Shown here in pieces: positions 60,401 through 64,000 of a stretch of DNA of 64,000 nucleotides (the first letter of the stretch is position 1; each line of letters opens with the position of its first letter). The notes beneath the pieces were generated by a model. It had not been told where the DNA came from and ran no database searches. It was given only the letters and a program-made list of their open reading frames with translations. Position numbers and translations under genes: made by a program. The DNA comes from Auanema rhodensis (lineage: Eukaryota > Animalia > Nematoda), in NCBI GenBank assembly GCA_964057225.1, contig OZ059900.1, positions 12,710,001 through 12,774,000 of the forward strand. Reading direction: 5' to 3'.

Positions 60401-62173
60401 TTCATATAAATGTGAACCTAAATTAATTTCTTCGTGTTTAAGTTTTAAAAAATTATATTAACTAATTTTTGAAAACCATTAAAAATCAATGGTTTAGAAA
60501 CATTTGAATAAATATATCGAAAATGGACGTATATTGGGAGCAGCCTTAGACGTTCACGAAAGCAAGTTGTTCGAGCTCGACTCACACAACAGTATGTTTC
60601 TATATAGTTATTATTTGATCTTATTCAATTGGAAAACATGAATATCTTCAATTTTTTATTCTTCTAGATCATTTCAATATTGGTAGAAATGTCATTCAAA
60701 CTCCTCAAATGGCCTGGTATACCGAAAGTGGCGCTAAAGAATTAAGGCGGTTAGCGGTAGAAGAAGTAAGGCTTAATTCAAATTAGAAAAATTAGTACAA
60801 GGTTTCGTTAGTTTCTGAAAAAGTTATAGTGTTGAATACTAACAATTTTTTCAAATAGTAGTTTTTCAAAATATCAACTAAATGTTTTGCAGGTAATTAA
60901 ATGTTTGCTTGGTGAGCCGCTCCAATATTGTATAAACCGACAAGATATAGAGCAAGCACTTTGCCCTTCGGTTCAAAACAGCAGCTCTGCATCTTCAGCC
61001 AATAGTCATAACCTAAATTTAGAACCGACACAGACTAACCTTATCGTGGCGCAGATTTGGCAACAGATTGCGTTTAACCAGCTAACTTCTGCTGCCAATA
61101 ATATACAATCTATAATCCCATCGCAAGGACCATCTGTACCGATACCGGCAAACGCGAACACACCAGCGTTAGGGTCACAGTTTAATCCTTTATTCTCTAA
61201 CTCTTTTCTCACTATGGAACAAATCCAGCAGGCTCAAATATTATGTAAGTTAATAAAAAGATGTTCATTACCAAGTCTTATAAAAAACATCCGATTTAAA
61301 TTATTGTCAAGGACTAAAAAGCTTATTGAAAAATGAAAACTCCAACTTCTAAGCTATAATATCTCATTATATTATTTTTTCAGTATTTTCTTGGAAATTC
61401 ACTTTTGAACAGACATAATATCATGTTTATCTAACTTACTTTCTTTAATCCCTGTTATTTTTATCATCATTCCAGATGCGCAAATATTTTTGCGGGAAAA
61501 TCAACGGGTTCAGCAAGAACAATCAAAGCGACAGCGTCAACTACAACATGCTCAGAAAACTAAATACGCTCGCGAAAACAAGAAAACTTTCACGGATTCG
61601 TTGGCAATGTTGACCACAATGAACACTAGCCTCAGTAACATTAACAAATTGGATTCCGCTCAAAGCATGTTAGCATCTCTGAGGTAAAAATTAAATGAGT
61701 ACTTGTATTGAGTTTTTAACACTTTTTAAGCTCACAAATAAGTCATCCGTCATCGACACCATCACCTATTACACAGCAACTTCCAAGTCCACCTATAAAT
61801 ACCAGTCAGGTTGGCTTAAAGCACAATAATACTCTAATTTTTATTTTTATGAAACCATTCAGAAAGACTCGATAAACCTGAGTGTAGAGCAATTACAAGA
61901 TATGCAGATGGAAATAACCAGTGACTGTAACGACATTAAATCAACCGAATCATCTTCAAATTGTCTTGCACCCACAGATCTTCAATCGATTCATGATGAC
62001 TCGTCCTCAAATCAATCAATGCCAGTATTTTTCAGACAGATCCTGACTGAAACACTCAATGCAGTTGCTGCAAAGGAAAAGTATAGCTCATCTCAGTATA
62101 TCATTCATCTTTAATAAATTTCAGTTCAACTGAAGGAGAACCGTCTAACGTCACTAACTACGACTCTTCTTAG
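57488..62173 (+). CDS. ctbp-1: THAP-domain CtBP co-repressor with a degenerate dehydrogenase-like domain
   Basis: THAP MPTTCGFPNCKFRSRYRGQEDNRHFYRIPKRP...LRICSAHF joins in phase 1 to the exon at 59104. D2-HDH motifs follow (YDNIDVSAATEKGI, CDIISLHC, IINTSHG, GAALDVHE, AWYTE), then a Q/S-rich tail. Confidence 0.9.
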
Positions 62174-63597
62174 AAAAAGATCAAATCAAACAATATTTGA
62201 GAAGAACTGAACATATAGCACAAGGATTGGTTGAACATATGTGGAACAACGCAGTTATAACTATTGAAAATCAATATCATACCATATATTCCACAAAGTA
62301 TAGCATTCAACAACAAATCTTACTGATCTTTTCCATGCAAATATGATATCGGTAAAACATTTTGAATTAATAGTAAAACAATTACTTTTTTACCTCAACT
62401 TTATTTTTCCAGTTGCTTTTTTTTCAATAAATAAAAGGGCAATAATGACTTGATTTAATTTTTAAGTTTTTATATTACTTTTACTGTTTAATATTGTATT
62501 TTTAATTGTATTGCTTATATTCCAGTTTTCAACCATCTTTTCTTTTATTTCCACATTTGGACCTACTTTTGTTTCATAACTGTATAAGATTTTTTTGATT
62601 CAAGTTGACTAGTGCATTTTTTTATTTATTCCTAAATTCTCATGTTTTTCGAATGATTCTTGAAGTATTTTTTTTTAAAAGTTCAACTGAATAATATACG
62701 TGTGGATCGCTCCAAAAACGTATATATATAGATGTTGTAGCATTTTAAAAAAATTGAAAATGCCTCTTTACTTATATTTTTTATAGAAAACCACGTATAC
62801 CTGAAAGCGTGTGCTATTAAATTGTCATAGTTTGCAAAAATTTTATTCAAGTTTACGCATACTTCAAAACATTTTTGCCAAACTGAGGAACTCTTTTCTC
62901 AATATTTGTTTCTGACATTAAATATTAAACTGGTAGAAAGGCTTAAAAAGCTCTACTAGCCTATGTAATATCTGTTTGATATTATTTCATATTTTTCTAA
63001 TTAAAACCAAAATTCGAAAATTTTCCAATTATTTATCAATTTTTTTTATTCCACGCTGTAATATGGTTTTCATATTTTTATTATTAACAACGTTGATATG
63101 TTCTCCAAGTATATATTCAATAAAAGATTGTGCGTTGTGAAATAAATTATAATATTACATAATATGAAGTTTATTATATGTTTTATTATTTTTGGCTAAG
63201 AAATTCCTAGAAAAAATGTAGATAATACTTGTACTATCGATTCTTAACATATTTCTGCAGTTCAAAATACAAAAGTTGTGCGGGTAACAAGACTCGCATG
63301 AGCAGATGAGTAAAAGGTCAAGCGCTGACCGCGTCGCGTCCGCCTGCATTGCGTTGTAATCAATGCGCGCACAGCACAGAGGCCTACCAACGCGTTATTT
63401 GAAAATCGACTAGTGTAATCATAATTTTTTTTTCGAATAGCATTAATTTCTTAATTTTTATATCCTTACGATGATTAGCACCATTGCTATATATAAATTT
63501 GATTTAAATATTTCTTTCAATGTCTTATCATTAGTTGTAATATGAGTTTTGAATAGGTAGTATTAGTTCAGTTCTTTTTCAGAATGCTTTTAAGTTT

Positions 63598-63978
63598 ATG
63601 CTAAAGATGGTATCTGCAATATATTTGAGCCTATTTATTGCCCAAAGTGCAATCCACTTAGTTCAATGTTATGAAAGTATTGATTTTGAATAATTTTGTT
63701 TAACAATATAAACTGTCTTTTAGGCGAGCATGAACCACCTATAATAACCGAACATCCCATAGATGTTATAGTATCAAAAGGTGCTCCCGCAACTCTAAAT
63801 TGCGCAGCTAAAGGCCAGAATATTACAATTTCTTGGTATGTTCTGTTTCCATAATTTTCATGTATTTGTTTTTTTCAGGTTTCGCAATGGTGAACAAGTA
63901 ATAACAAATAAAGATCAAGCCAATAGTCATAGAATATTACTTGATACTGGTTCTTTGTTCTTGCTTAAAACATACATA
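63598..63978 (+). CDS. sax-3: Roundabout receptor: signal peptide and Ig1, 3' truncated
   Basis: [24 protein letters not shown]|[29 protein letters not shown]...W|[30 protein letters not shown]. Confidence 0.9.
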
Positions 63979-64000
63979 GGTTTGCAAAAAAAAATTATGT

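Overview
AT-rich eukaryotic DNA from a rhabditid-like nematode: introns of about 45-60 nt, TTTCAG acceptors, and genes matching C. elegans families. I rebuilt 14 intron-split protein-coding genes by hand, two of them cut off at the window edges. In order: an FCGBP/IgGFc-binding N-terminal-domain gene, pha-2 (Hex), a peroxisomal enoyl-CoA isomerase, klp-13 (kinesin-8), kin-2 (PKA-R, with a myristoylated alternative first exon), an LRRC58 orthologue, a C-type lectin/mucin transmembrane gene with a 19x72-bp repeat, flp-8, an Ig-superfamily membrane protein, an ACC-family Cys-loop chloride channel, head-to-head ser-7-like and octr-1-like amine GPCRs, egl-13 (SoxD), THAP-ctbp-1, and the start of sax-3. 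Most named orthologues are X-linked in C. elegans. The most notable signal is the neighbouring egl-13/ctbp-1 pair. The CtBP domain has lost its NAD(H)-binding GxGxxG, its catalytic His and a recognisable PXDLS-binding cleft, while the fused THAP domain is nearly invariant, and EGL-13 lacks the PLNLS motif used to recruit CtBP. Orthology and residue comparisons come from recalled reference sequences, not from database searches.
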